Below, piece by piece: positions 37,610 to 48,172 of a DNA stretch of 64,000 nt; positions within the stretch are counted from its first letter, which is position 1, and each line of letters opens with the position of its first letter. The position numbers were made by a program, and so were the translations under genes. The stretch is from positions 36,946 through 100,945 of the IMG/VR virus record IMGVR_UViG_3300023263_000002, one strand, 5' to 3'. Source of the stretch: a virus. Taxonomy: Duplodnaviria > Caudoviricetes. The notes under the pieces are model-generated. The model was not told where the DNA came from, searched no databases, and saw only the letters and a program-made list of their open reading frames with translations.

Positions 37610-38437
37610 CTATTGCTCGACAATCGGTCTGATGTAATCCCAACAAGCGCCGGATCGCATCTCCGCTGGCGTCCACTGCGCGTACGCAATGTCGTACAGA
37701 AGGCCCATCATATCCTCACGGGCAGGACGGGTTGGATTGAGGATCGTATCGGCGCTGAAGTCGGGCAGGGACATCAGAGACCCTACTCCCTTCTTAGCGT
37801 AGAACGGCACACCAGCAACGAGGCAATCGACTGCGACGTTGCTGTGATGGCTGACTACGAAGTATGCCTCCCGTAGGGCTTCTTCGATTGGCGCCATCCT
37901 ACGCGTTGATTTGTTTGGCTTCTGCCGAACATACACCTCGTATCCAGGTACAGCCTTTTCGACTTCTACCTTTGTCCGCTGCTCCCACTCGCCAGCCTTG
38001 TAGCCGTGGGTCCAAGCCGCTTTGTCAGACATCCCAACAACCATAATCGTCTTGCTGTTGGAATCCCAATCATTCCGCAGCGGAATGCGTAGGCTATCAA
38101 ATCGATCGGATGGACAGCCGCGCCGCATCTTCAAGGCTGTATCCCAATCGTCGATGCCTAGCCGATAGTGCCCTTCTGCGCCACGCTCCCAGTATCCCAG
38201 ATCGAAGAATACAAAATGCTTCCCCGCTTCTTTATACTTCGAGAACACGTGAGTGGTCAGCTCTCCTAGCCAACCATACGCGAGCGCGACATCGGCGACA
38301 ACCTCACCAGTGAATCGCTCGATCGGCAAGCACTCGACACCATGGCGCTTGAATCCTGCACGAAGCGCGTGCCCGATTAGGTTTGGTTTGTCACGCCCTG
38401 CTGCATGATTGGATACTCCATACACTGCTACTTTCAC
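37610..38437 (-). CDS. KpsS/KpsC-like GT-B glycosyltransferase, paralogue 2
   Basis: FFDLGYW, RQKP, SHHSNVAVDCLVAGVP, IAYAQWT..E...G..W. Confidence 0.7.
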   Translation of the reverse strand: MKVAVYGVSNHAAGRDKPNLIGHALRAGFKRHGVECLPIERFTGEVVADVALAYGWLGELTTHVFSKYKEAGKHFVFFDLGYWERGAEGHYRLGIDDWDTALKMRRGCPSDRFDSLRIPLRNDWDSNSKTIMVVGMSDKAAWTHGYKAGEWEQRTKVEVEKAVPGYEVYVRQKPNKSTRRMAPIEEALREAYFVVSHHSNVAVDCLVAGVPFYAKKGVGSLMSLPDFSADTILNPTRPAREDMMGLLYDIAYAQWTPAEMRSGACWDYIRPIVEQ

Positions 38438-39252
38438 GGGTTCCTCCGTTTGTGTAAATCAATAAGCCGGGCCATAGGGTCGCCGGTTACAACTTCTTCC
38501 AGGGTCCACTGCGCCCAGGCAAGGCTTTTTAACATCTCAACTCGATCACCCATCAAGGTGTGGGCAGTCGTGTCGAGTGAGATGTTGTTAATTCCGAAGC
38601 AGGCTCCTGGGCCTGCGATCCACCGATCGAATTCGTAGAAGACGGGGATGCCTGCCACCAGTGCTTTCGTCGCCGCACTACTGCCCCAGGTAACAGCACA
38701 CCAAGCCGGCTTGAAATCTTCTTCGAGAGGAATGGTCTCTCTACTGGTTCCTGGATGCCTGCGGACGTGGACAAGCGTTGATTTACTTATCCGTCTGATG
38801 CGTGGGACGACACTGCCTTCCCAATCCTTTGGCATCGCGACACCAGGCAAACCAACTCCACGCTGCGGCAGCACAAGAATGTGAGTGCCTGATTCCTTCC
38901 ACGGCTGCAACTCGATATCGAGTTTCTCAAACCGGGAGTACTCAGGTGCTGGCCACGAGCCTGCGCCGTTGTGGCGGTTAAGCGACATCGCAAAGGACTT
39001 CTTCGCTTTGCGCATGTTGAGATACGAGTTCTCGACAACAATGACTGCGGCACCATTGTCCTCGAATAACTTCGCTTGCTTCTCTCCTGTACCGTATCTG
39101 TTCCAAATCAGGAGAACGTCATCTTCACGCGGGCGACGTTCCTTAAAAAAAGGTTGGGACTCAACTTGGAATCCCAACTTCTTCATTCCCTCAATGAATG
39201 CGTCGTGACGATATACAGGATTAGGGCGGATAAGAGATAGAGCTATTTTCAT
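38434..39252 (-). CDS. KpsS/KpsC-like GT-B glycosyltransferase, paralogue 3
   Basis: ENSY, RRHP, VTWGSS...ALVAGIPV, LAWAQWT..E...G. Confidence 0.7.
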   Translation of the reverse strand: MKIALSLIRPNPVYRHDAFIEGMKKLGFQVESQPFFKERRPREDDVLLIWNRYGTGEKQAKLFEDNGAAVIVVENSYLNMRKAKKSFAMSLNRHNGAGSWPAPEYSRFEKLDIELQPWKESGTHILVLPQRGVGLPGVAMPKDWEGSVVPRIRRISKSTLVHVRRHPGTSRETIPLEEDFKPAWCAVTWGSSAATKALVAGIPVFYEFDRWIAGPGACFGINNISLDTTAHTLMGDRVEMLKSLAWAQWTLEEVVTGDPMARLIDLHKRRNP

Positions 39253-39268
39253 TACTTATGCTCAAAGG

Positions 39269-39820
39269 TTATAGGGGTTCGCTGTATCCGAAATCGTCTG
39301 CGGTGGTTGATTCAAGATCAGTTCCGGATGATACAACTCCTACGGACACACCAGTGCCGCATAGGTATTTCCTGATCAGTGACATGATGTTATACGAGAA
39401 CCTAGACGGCTCTCCACCCGCACCACGGAAGAACGTGATGGCGGCCGAGCCGGCCTTCAACGATTGGATGGTCTGCTCGTTGTTCTGAGACGTAATCGGG
39501 GCCGTGTCGGCAACAAGGCCGGCGGCTAGCTCGATGCTGGCATTGATGATATCCTGCGGGACAACATCATCTTCCACACCAGTGATACCTGTTCCGGTTC
39601 GTGGCCACTGTAGGGGCTGAGCGGAATCAGTCTTCTCGCCTAGCCAGCATTCCCGATCGAGCGTCCGAGTAGCAGTCACCAGATACCTGGCCCGATCGTC
39701 TAGGCTTAGGTCTCGCCAACCGGTCGCGGTCACTGATGCGTTCAGATATTCATCCGCTTGCTCGATAGTGGCGTATGTATCGTAGACAATACCACTATCG
39801 ATCTGCACCTGCTCAGTCAT
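39269..39820 (-). CDS. Head-tail adaptor (DnaT-like annotation family)
   Basis: YATIEQADEY, LVTATRTLD, Q.LQWPR, VPQDIINASIELA. Confidence 0.8.
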   Translation of the reverse strand: MTEQVQIDSGIVYDTYATIEQADEYLNASVTATGWRDLSLDDRARYLVTATRTLDRECWLGEKTDSAQPLQWPRTGTGITGVEDDVVPQDIINASIELAAGLVADTAPITSQNNEQTIQSLKAGSAAITFFRGAGGEPSRFSYNIMSLIRKYLCGTGVSVGVVSSGTDLESTTADDFGYSEPL

Positions 39821-40251
39821 CTAGAAGCCTCCATCTCTCTGACCATGCGGGCCCGTCTGGCCCGCACCTGATCCTGTTTCCTATTTCGCATGTTCAGCTC
39901 AGCCTTCTTCCTTTCATATCCTAACAGCAGTTGCCGCTGACATCTTCTCCACTCGATCTCAGCCAGGTAGTGCTTTGGCAACTTTCCTTTGACCCTCTGC
40001 ACGAAACACATACAAGAAAGAGTACGAAGCTCTATCGGAATCGCACCCTTCTCGATAGCCAGCTCACGTTTAGACATCGAGACGTCGTAATGTGCGCCGC
40101 TGTGCTTGTCTTGGAAGTGACGTCGAGCAATACCAATCCGCTGGGCCATCGCATGAAGCTCGTCCAAGGTGTCAGCGATCATATGCGACATCTTCATACG
40201 GCCAAATTGACCCATAGGATACTGGTACATGTCATCGACGTAGACGGTCAT
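39817..40251 (-). CDS. DUF4031-family protein
   Basis: MTVYVDD..SHMIADTLDELHAMA..IG..FQ..HYDV. Confidence 0.85.
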   Translation of the reverse strand: MTVYVDDMYQYPMGQFGRMKMSHMIADTLDELHAMAQRIGIARRHFQDKHSGAHYDVSMSKRELAIEKGAIPIELRTLSCMCFVQRVKGKLPKHYLAEIEWRRCQRQLLLGYERKKAELNMRNRKQDQVRARRARMVREMEASR

Positions 40252-40253
40252 GG

Positions 40254-43200
40254 TTATCTCTTATGCCAGGTGTAGGCGTACTCGATGGCCTGCTCCAGAG
40301 TAATGCGAGTAGCGTCTCCATTCCAATAAGAACGGTGCTCACCGTCATGGCATCGAGACTCGATCTTCCATTCGCCAGCGACCTTGGCTATCTGCATATC
40401 GACGCCGCGGAAGCTGGCCTTGAGGCTCCATTCCTCGCTCATGGTCTACTTGCTCTCCCGTAACCGAGCTTGTACCTTCCGCCACAAAGACGGCATGTGC
40501 TTTTTGTTTTCCTCGACGCACTTCGGACACACGATCTGCCCGTCGAGTACGAATGTAGGAAGGTTGTGCGTATTGCAGCGGTCGTCGTCGGACTCGTCCT
40601 CAGCCACAGCTAGCCTCCATAATCTTCTTGATGCGGTCGCGATCCGAGGGCAGGATCAGCGGAAGGATCTGATGCCGGCAGACATTAAGAGCCTCGACAT
40701 CAGTAAAGCCTTCGCCCTTTATAAATCGTCCGGTCCTGTAGTCAGTAAAAAGCCAGAAGGTCATCCGACGACCTTCTAGTATGTAATCGTTGTGGATCGC
40801 GACCAGCCAACCAAGGTTGCGGATGTCATCGGGAGAAGATGCTCTAAGCCGATCGCGCTCATTGTCTTTGACCTGCGGGCCGCAAGTAGGGCAGTCCTCA
40901 TGCTCATGTACGAGCTTGACGCCACACTCACAATACCAATTTACGTCTTCTGCGTGTTTCTTGATTGCCATTACTTCTTCTTCTCTGCTTTGGGATAAAT
41001 CGTCTCGGACGCTCCCGTCAATTTGTTAACAACAGTGACGTAGGCGACATCATTCGAGCGAGCCATGCGCGACTTCCAGCAGTCTACTTCTAAGTCTTTG
41101 CCGGCGTCGTCCGCGTGCACAGTGCCAAGAAGGATGTCGCCTAACTTGACCTTGGGGTAGAGTCGGTGCCGGTTACTCGCGTAACCAGTCACCTGCCATT
41201 TCCAACTCCTGGCCATCAGATGCCCATCCTACCCCGAGCCAGTTCGAGTAGAGTCAAGGCTGCGCGTAATCTGATTACCTCACGCACCGAACCTGCTGCC
41301 TCTGCTCGTTCTACTGCTCTACGCACGCGCGGCAGAGCAATTCTAACTTCTTGCTGGCAGCGCGTGCAGTTCAAACATCCTGTATTGGCAAGAACTGACC
41401 CACCACAGGGCGTATCATTCAGAGCCATCGAACCCTCCTAGAAGATGTAGGGGTTTAGAGCGTCCCACTTCTCAGCGAATACCTTAGCGGAACCAACTAC
41501 CACCCACTTACCTCCGCGAAGAGCTTCTACATCTTTTCCGAGGTTCGAGAGTCTGAACTTCTGGCCATCAACATGATTGCTCGCATATGCGAGCGCTGCC
41601 TGGCCTTCTGTATACTGCTGCTTTCCGTACTTCATTCCTGTGCCTCAATTCAATAAGGTTTCGTCTTATCCGTCTGACTGAGAGTCTACAACATACAGAG
41701 TATTGGTATCCGAATCAACACGCAAGCCATACGACCACTTATTAACGATGTGGCCGATAGGATCTTTCCAAAAATCGGGGTACTTCGTTCCAGCCGTATA
41801 CAAGGTCGCGACGTGGTCGTATAAATCAGTCCGGCAAAGGTTCCACCAGGCGTCCTCGTACCAGACCTGGAGCATCTTACTACGATGCGGCTCCGAATCA
41901 ACAACCTGCCACAAGCCGGCCTTGCGGATAAGCAGCAGCATAATCATCGTCTCGGAAGGGCTGTATACGATTGGAAGGTGCTTAGCCGCCTCGCGCTTAT
42001 CGTCCAGCCAGCCGTTCTCGAATATCTTGTGCGGAGGAACATCCGGATTGGGAACAGCCCAGAGCAGAGTCACCTTGGTAACATCGACACCAGCTTCGTC
42101 GCTCTCGCGTTCAGCCCACGGACGAATCTTCAGCTTGTAGACACCAACCAGAAGATTGTCGTCCCAGTTGTGATTGAATCCGCACTCCTCAGCGGTATCC
42201 TCGAGAAGGATATCCTTTGCTGCAATCTCATCTGAGCGTGCGATAATGAATCCTGTACCGTCCTCACCTAAAGAAACGATACACTCATCATCTTCCAAGA
42301 CCAGCGCGCCGCATATCGACGGGAGAGCGTTCTCGAGATATTCAACGCCATTGAGCTTCCGACCACACGACCCATCACATTCCGATTCGTGGGCGCAGTC
42401 GCACTCAATGATACGCAATTCACCTTTTCCTACCTCAGTCATTTTTTAGTATTCCTTAACACCAGGGTGCGGGTTCTTCTGTTGCGCGATTAAGTACATC
42501 ATGTACACGCGTGCGGCCCCATCGCTTCCGAGCCGCCGCATAGCCTAAAATGATTATGAATAGAAAGATAATACCTGCCGGCCAGTAGATGAGAAACAGT
42601 AGCATAGATGCGACTGCGGCATACAAGGCTGCGAAGACTGGAAACCCATCTTTCAGCGGTAGCATTATCTGTCGTCCTTGTAGTGACCAGCAAGACCTAC
42701 GACGGCAATCAGTCCAATGATAGTGATTGCGCACCACTGCCAGCCATCTGTATCGCTAGTCGCCGCCATAGCCACCGGTGGCGGTGGCGATTGGATTGCT
42801 TCCCACAGCCACGGCAGTTCTCCCGTCACCTCCTCGAGAGCCATTAGCATCTGTATGATCATTAGGCATTCCTGTGTTTCTTAGAATGTCTGCGAACTCA
42901 TCACGAACAAAGCGTGGATCGGATAGAAGCTGCTGTGCTTTCCAGCCAGACATTTCGACTAATTGCTTTGCTGTCACGTAGGGCTCCTGAGCCCAGTTCG
43001 TGGAATCCAGCTTAATCCGTTCACGATGCAACGCAATGAATTGTTTTTCGGATCTGGTAATTCGCATCCTCTATCCGATCTCTGAGCGTTATTTCAACGA
43101 CGTTTAAATCCCGTCCTCACGATTCCTTCATCAGTATCAGCGAGCTCGGCGTCGTAACGCGCAGCAGTCTCACCTATTCGAATAGGTGCGAAGTCTGGAT

Positions 43201-43875
43201 GGAACAGGTCCATGTGAAAGGCGTCATCGATGGCCCTGTACTCACAGCGCAGGACCACGCAATCCTTCTGTACGGCAGCCAGCTCTGCCTTCCACGACTG
43301 ATCGCGGACAGTAACGCTCACCTTGCCAACACGTCTTTCCATTCCTGCATAAAACAACATATCGCTACTCCTTGGGAATATTCCCTGTATGAATGTAGGT
43401 CTCGTAAACCCGCGCTCGTTTCAGAACGCTACTAGAGTCCTCTTCCAAATCGTCTACTGCCGGACCTGATATTGTCGCGCAGAACAACGCAACGGCGCGT
43501 GTGATCATCGACAAATCAAGGTCTTGCGAATCATCTTCTTTAGAATCAGTTCTTAAGTAGTCACCGCTCTGCACTGTCATCGATCATCTCCTTGATTGCA
43601 AACGTAAGTGGTCTTCCAAAACGCGTGACAGTAAACTCCCGGTTACCTCCTTCCGTTATCGTTAGAAGTACTGTGATGGCTGTTCCGAGCGACTGCATCT
43701 TCGTGCCATCAAGCCTGAGTGATAGCTCTTCCAATTGAGCGACAACTGCAGGATCTACTACTACTGTGATGCCTTTAGCTGCCTCCTCGAGTGCTTGTGC
43801 TTTAACCTCCGCCAAGATAGCTGTTGCGGTTTTGGGTTTCTTTTTACGTGTCCAGCCCCACCACACGGTTCTCAC
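40254..43875 (-). other. Run of about 13 small hypothetical CDS (e.g. 40254-40442, 40600-40971, 40971-41216, 41216-41428, 41438-41635, 41666-42442, 42756-43067, 43094-43360, 43365-43580, 43561-43875)
   Basis: Contiguous co-oriented ORFs with overlapping starts and stops; several have Cys motifs. Confidence 0.6.
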
Positions 43876-44492
43876 CGTAACGTGCCAGAGCGGATAGGTT
43901 TGGTTCTGTTCTTCTCCCTGATCTTATCGCTGTTCGCCCAGTTGCGAGCAATACCTTCTCGAACCATCTTGACTAGATCAATATTGCGCGCCCTAGCCAA
44001 CTGCACGAGGCAGATGATAACATCTGCGCACTCGCCTCCTTGATTGGAAGACGGAGGTTTGCTGTATACCACGTCAGCCATCGCATCGATCTGCGCACGC
44101 GTATAGCCACAAGCCTGCAGGAGTTCGAGAGCTTCCTCGCAGAACCTGTGATTGCGTTCAGCCAGGTCATCGGCAACCTCATGGCCTACACAGTCGCGCA
44201 GCCAGATGTTAACACGCTCCTCAATCTCCCGGAGGCCAAAATCATCATCGGCTTCTGCAGAACGCCACCAACGTCCTCTATAGAAGTCGAGGTCTTCATT
44301 CCGCACACTGATCTTCTGCTCCTCGGTCATACGAGTACCAGGGCAGTCCCTAGGCAAGTCGGCCTCAGCACCACCACACACCGTACACCAGCCAAGCCCG
44401 CCGTTGCAGACAATGCAATCATGCTCGTTGCATTTATGCCAGGTGTGCGAAGCCCTCAACCGCCTAATCGAGTTCGCGGCAGACTGTCCCAT
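43872..44492 (-). CDS. Zn-finger plus MazG-like NTP pyrophosphohydrolase
   Basis: CxxC/CxxC N-terminus; RFCEEALEL...GECADVIICL (EExxE...ExxD). Confidence 0.75.
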   Translation of the reverse strand: MGQSAANSIRRLRASHTWHKCNEHDCIVCNGGLGWCTVCGGAEADLPRDCPGTRMTEEQKISVRNEDLDFYRGRWWRSAEADDDFGLREIEERVNIWLRDCVGHEVADDLAERNHRFCEEALELLQACGYTRAQIDAMADVVYSKPPSSNQGGECADVIICLVQLARARNIDLVKMVREGIARNWANSDKIREKNRTKPIRSGTLR

Positions 44493-45983
44493 CTCTTTCC
44501 CATCCGTTTCTCAAAAGCCATAACCAAATGCTTAATCTCTTCCCGGATGGCAGTCCGCTCTTCTCTATTCGCATACTCGAGCTGGATCCACTCACCCTTC
44601 CTAGTCTTTACATACCAAAAGCCATTCCCCGGGTAGTAGGATGTTTCTCCTGTTACCTCGACGACATCAAGGTCGTAGAAATCTACTCCCAGGAAGATCG
44701 GCTCATCCGATGCGGTGGGAACCTCCGCCTTCGGATTCAGGTCGAACTTGATCATTACGTGGCTCCTCACTTATTTCGTCCCAGAACCCACGTTCTGCGC
44801 AATCTGTTGCCTCGTCTTGGTGCGGTGGGTGGTCTTTCTTCGGACGGCCGCACATATCGCAAAGTTCATCACTTGTTGCCCATGACGGCGGCCGTCTATC
44901 TTGCTTCTCGTTCTTCTTGATCACCACGTGGCTTTCCTCTCACCCACTCACCACATACCTCTGTAATTCTTGTATCCGGCCAAATTGTAATAGGGTTACC
45001 CATTGGGAGCATCAAAGGTATGGGCGGATACCTACGACATTGTCCGGCAGTGCCGTGAGGCTCAGTCCGCTTCCAATAGTGGCAGTTCCCGCAGGAGTCT
45101 TTCATTTCTTGTACCTCACTAAAGCTTCGTTGGCTCTACTAATCGCCATCTCGGTTGTAAGACCTGGTGTCGATTGTACCATCTGCAGATGTGCGGTCAG
45201 GATCTGCTCAGCCTGTGGTTGCGAAATGTTCTGAAGATAGGCGCTCCTGTAGAAGGCATCGATCTGCCTTTGCGCCTTCTGAGTCATCTTCAAAGTCTGT
45301 GTCATTCCTGAAGTCTTTCTATATCGGCTGCGAATCTGGACGAATGAGCCGGCTGAATCATTCCGAGCGGCTAGGGTAGGGGCAGAGAGCCTTGTGCCAG
45401 CTCTCTCAGCCGCGTTCGCGGAGCTTCACCGTCCGCACGGTGTTCCAACGCCTGCGTTATTATGATACTGGCCGCAGCTTTCGCAACCGCCCTCGTCGCT
45501 AGACTCTGGCTCAGGATCAGGCAGCTTGCCTTCTAACAGCAGATTCCTAACGCCCCTAGTCCGGTTCCGCAAGACAGTCGCTGTGCGCGTTAACCCATCA
45601 ACAGAACGCGGACGCGCATCATAAGCTTCAAGGAAGTCTTCAATCGTGTTGAGCATCGTCTCGAGAAGCCTTTTGTACTTCGCCGCCTCACCAAGTGCGC
45701 TGCTCAGCTTATCCGACATCTCTACATAAGCGGGCGGTATTGTGCCATCAGACTTATTCCATTCACCACTCGCAGTGTACTTAGAAGGCGTAGGCAGTTC
45801 CAGCTTACCTACGATATATTCCAGCCTAGCCAGTAAGGCTTCTTCTTTGTGTAGAACCATCTTCTGCTGAATTGTGATGCCGCTAAGCATCGTCAGCGTT
45901 GAATCAATTCCATTGAATAACGAGCTAGACAAACTTTTGACGATCGCGGCAAGTGTGTCGGTGAGTGGGTTGGGCGCAGACAT
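44456..45983 (-). other. Small hypothetical CDS (44456-44770, 44703-44927, 44896-45105, 45102-45305, 45426-45983)
   Basis: Co-oriented ORFs; 44896-45105 has CGNC..W..G.CRRYPP..CGEW. Confidence 0.6.
45326..45426 (+). repeat. Dispersed ~95 bp intergenic element, copy B
   Basis: Carries all motifs: GCGAATCTGGACGAA, CGGCTAGGGTAG, TTGTGCCAGCTC, TTCGCGGAGC. Confidence 0.75.
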
Positions 45984-46044
45984 ATCTTACTTCTCCCTGT
46001 TGCTATTGCTTACATCTCAATACATATCGCTTGCGCGCTAAACC

Positions 46045-46596
46045 TTACGTATCGGATATCACCGCAGCCGAGTAATGGTTGCAGCCTATCGAAGCTCGTA
46101 GTGCTCCACCAGACCTATTTGTAAGTCTGATAAGATATGCCGTACTCACCTTGCAGATCCATTCAAGCGTGAAGGCTGAGGAACTACCAATCGCTTGGTT
46201 CTTTACACCTCCTGGCATAACCTGAGCACTGAGGAGTGTTCCAACATCGGATACCGTGGGACCAGACACCATTACGCCACTCCACTCTCGTGTGCTCGTT
46301 CGCTTGAGGTTCATCACCTCCTCAGGTGTTCCACCTGTTGCCACAGTACCTTCATATACTCGTAGTTCCGAAAGTCCTCCTGCGGCGGCCTCGACTATCA
46401 TATGGATGGCATCGTCCGCAGGTGTTGTTATCATCATGTCGAGATTAGCATCGTTCGCAAGGTTGGTCGATATCGCAGAACAATGATACATCACGCCTTG
46501 ATGAACTCTACTGTGCGGATCGTCTGCAACCCGCCTGCCTGACGCTGATAGCATCAGGATCCCAGTAGTCTGGAGAAGTCTTCCCCATGAGCTCAT
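46045..46596 (-). CDS. Hypothetical protein, probably virion-associated
   Basis: Follows the portal gene; beta-rich composition. Confidence 0.6.
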   Translation of the reverse strand: MSSWGRLLQTTGILMLSASGRRVADDPHSRVHQGVMYHCSAISTNLANDANLDMMITTPADDAIHMIVEAAAGGLSELRVYEGTVATGGTPEEVMNLKRTSTREWSGVMVSGPTVSDVGTLLSAQVMPGGVKNQAIGSSSAFTLEWICKVSTAYLIRLTNRSGGALRASIGCNHYSAAVISDT

Positions 46597-46627
46597 AGCC
46601 CAAATCCGATCTTACAAAAAGTTACAA

Positions 46628-48148
46628 CTACGTCTCAGATGCGGAACTTCTTCTTGGGCGGCGGCTACGCGATTCACCGCTACCATCTGATCGAGTATCG
46701 CTACCACCAGCATTATCCGGCTGCGGCGGATTGATTAGGTTCTCTGTCGCGGCCAGTGATGCGTCCATTGAGTTCTGTGCCATCATGGTTGGATCCATGA
46801 CACCTTCGTATCTGCTTATACCAAGAAGGTCGCGCACATCATCGATAGCAGGATCGTCTGGTGCGAGGACTGCTCCAGCTGTTGCCATATCACGAATCGC
46901 TGCTGTGATCTGTCCCACGTCTTTGAATGAGACATCTTCAACCTTAAACCTAGGCTTGGACTCTACTGGGAAACCATTGAGGACCCAGATCGGTGTGATT
47001 ACGTCTGCATCATACGCAGCCACAATCGAGCTAAGCACAGAGTTGGCGATGAGGTACAGGTTCCGACTCTTGTCAACAGCTAAGGCACGATTGCCACCTT
47101 GGTCGCCCATCATCAGATGTTCTGTTCCGATGATGCGAGCCATCTCTCTTTGCAGCCGATCGATCGCAGTTGACAGTTCCGGCAATCCATTCGCACTGCC
47201 CTGCAGAAGCTCTAGGCCGTACTGATAGACGCTAGAGATCTTCATGCCATCAGCTGCCTCAGATTCATACGGCATGGAGTCGAGCAGCAGACCAGTATTA
47301 GAGTCCTTGACCTGTAGCTCAACGAAGTTAGTCATCTGCGTGATGGCAGCATCAGCCTGATCCTTGGTAATCTGCCCAGCCTTAACCAACTCCTGCAACT
47401 TAGCCAAGGGCATCCGGCCGATTGGAATACCACGAAGGTCTCTCTCAAACGTCCTAGCCTCAAGGTCGAGGTACTGCTTCAACCTGTTATAGGGTTCGAG
47501 CAGGTTGCGGAAGATACCAAACCCTTCAGGTGAATCCGTGAACGTGTCATCAACCAGATAAACCATCTTGGATCTGGGCAGGCCTAGCAGATTATGGTTC
47601 TGAGGCGAGCGCTGCCAAACACCAAGAACGGTTCCCTTCTCATCTACCTCCCAGCGCTCAACTGTATGCTGCATTCTCGGCTCCAGACTCTCAAAGCCGA
47701 TCTTGCCATCTTCTCTTCTTTTGGCCGTCCACTCCTGAATGCCAAAGCCGTGGAACAGATATGTCGCTGCCCTGCGCACAGTAGACTGAAATGGATTGGT
47801 CATGTCGTGGATAACGTCTTCCACGAACTCAGAGTACATCCTATCCTCGTCTGTATCGCTGGCAGGAGTCACCGTCCACTGCGGATGCGATACCAGGTTT
47901 AAGAAGTATCGCACGCTCGCTGCCACGATCGAGATGTTCGATAGGATCTCAGACGAGATTGTATATCGCTGCTTTCCATACCACTCAGGCGCTTTATCTT
48001 TCCGCTGTACGAATCCTCCGTATACAGCAGTGCCTGTCCCACCCATCTCCTTGAATGGTTTTGCCGGGGGCAGTCCCAGCCCCGGTGTATTGATGCCCCG
48101 GTTCAGACGGCTGACCGTAGCCTTGCCTAGCCGAACTCTTTCAACCAT
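46628..48148 (-). CDS. Portal protein
   Basis: 506 aa directly after TerL; DSPEGFGIFR, ERDLRGIP. Confidence 0.85.
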   Translation of the reverse strand: MVERVRLGKATVSRLNRGINTPGLGLPPAKPFKEMGGTGTAVYGGFVQRKDKAPEWYGKQRYTISSEILSNISIVAASVRYFLNLVSHPQWTVTPASDTDEDRMYSEFVEDVIHDMTNPFQSTVRRAATYLFHGFGIQEWTAKRREDGKIGFESLEPRMQHTVERWEVDEKGTVLGVWQRSPQNHNLLGLPRSKMVYLVDDTFTDSPEGFGIFRNLLEPYNRLKQYLDLEARTFERDLRGIPIGRMPLAKLQELVKAGQITKDQADAAITQMTNFVELQVKDSNTGLLLDSMPYESEAADGMKISSVYQYGLELLQGSANGLPELSTAIDRLQREMARIIGTEHLMMGDQGGNRALAVDKSRNLYLIANSVLSSIVAAYDADVITPIWVLNGFPVESKPRFKVEDVSFKDVGQITAAIRDMATAGAVLAPDDPAIDDVRDLLGISRYEGVMDPTMMAQNSMDASLAATENLINPPQPDNAGGSDTRSDGSGESRSRRPRRSSASET

Positions 48149-48172
48149 CTTAACGTGTCCTCTTACTTCGAT

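Noticed and set aside
11775-46035. ACATATCG as a late-promoter motif (about 11781, 43357, 46022)
   Set aside because: Too short, too few copies and inconsistent context to support.
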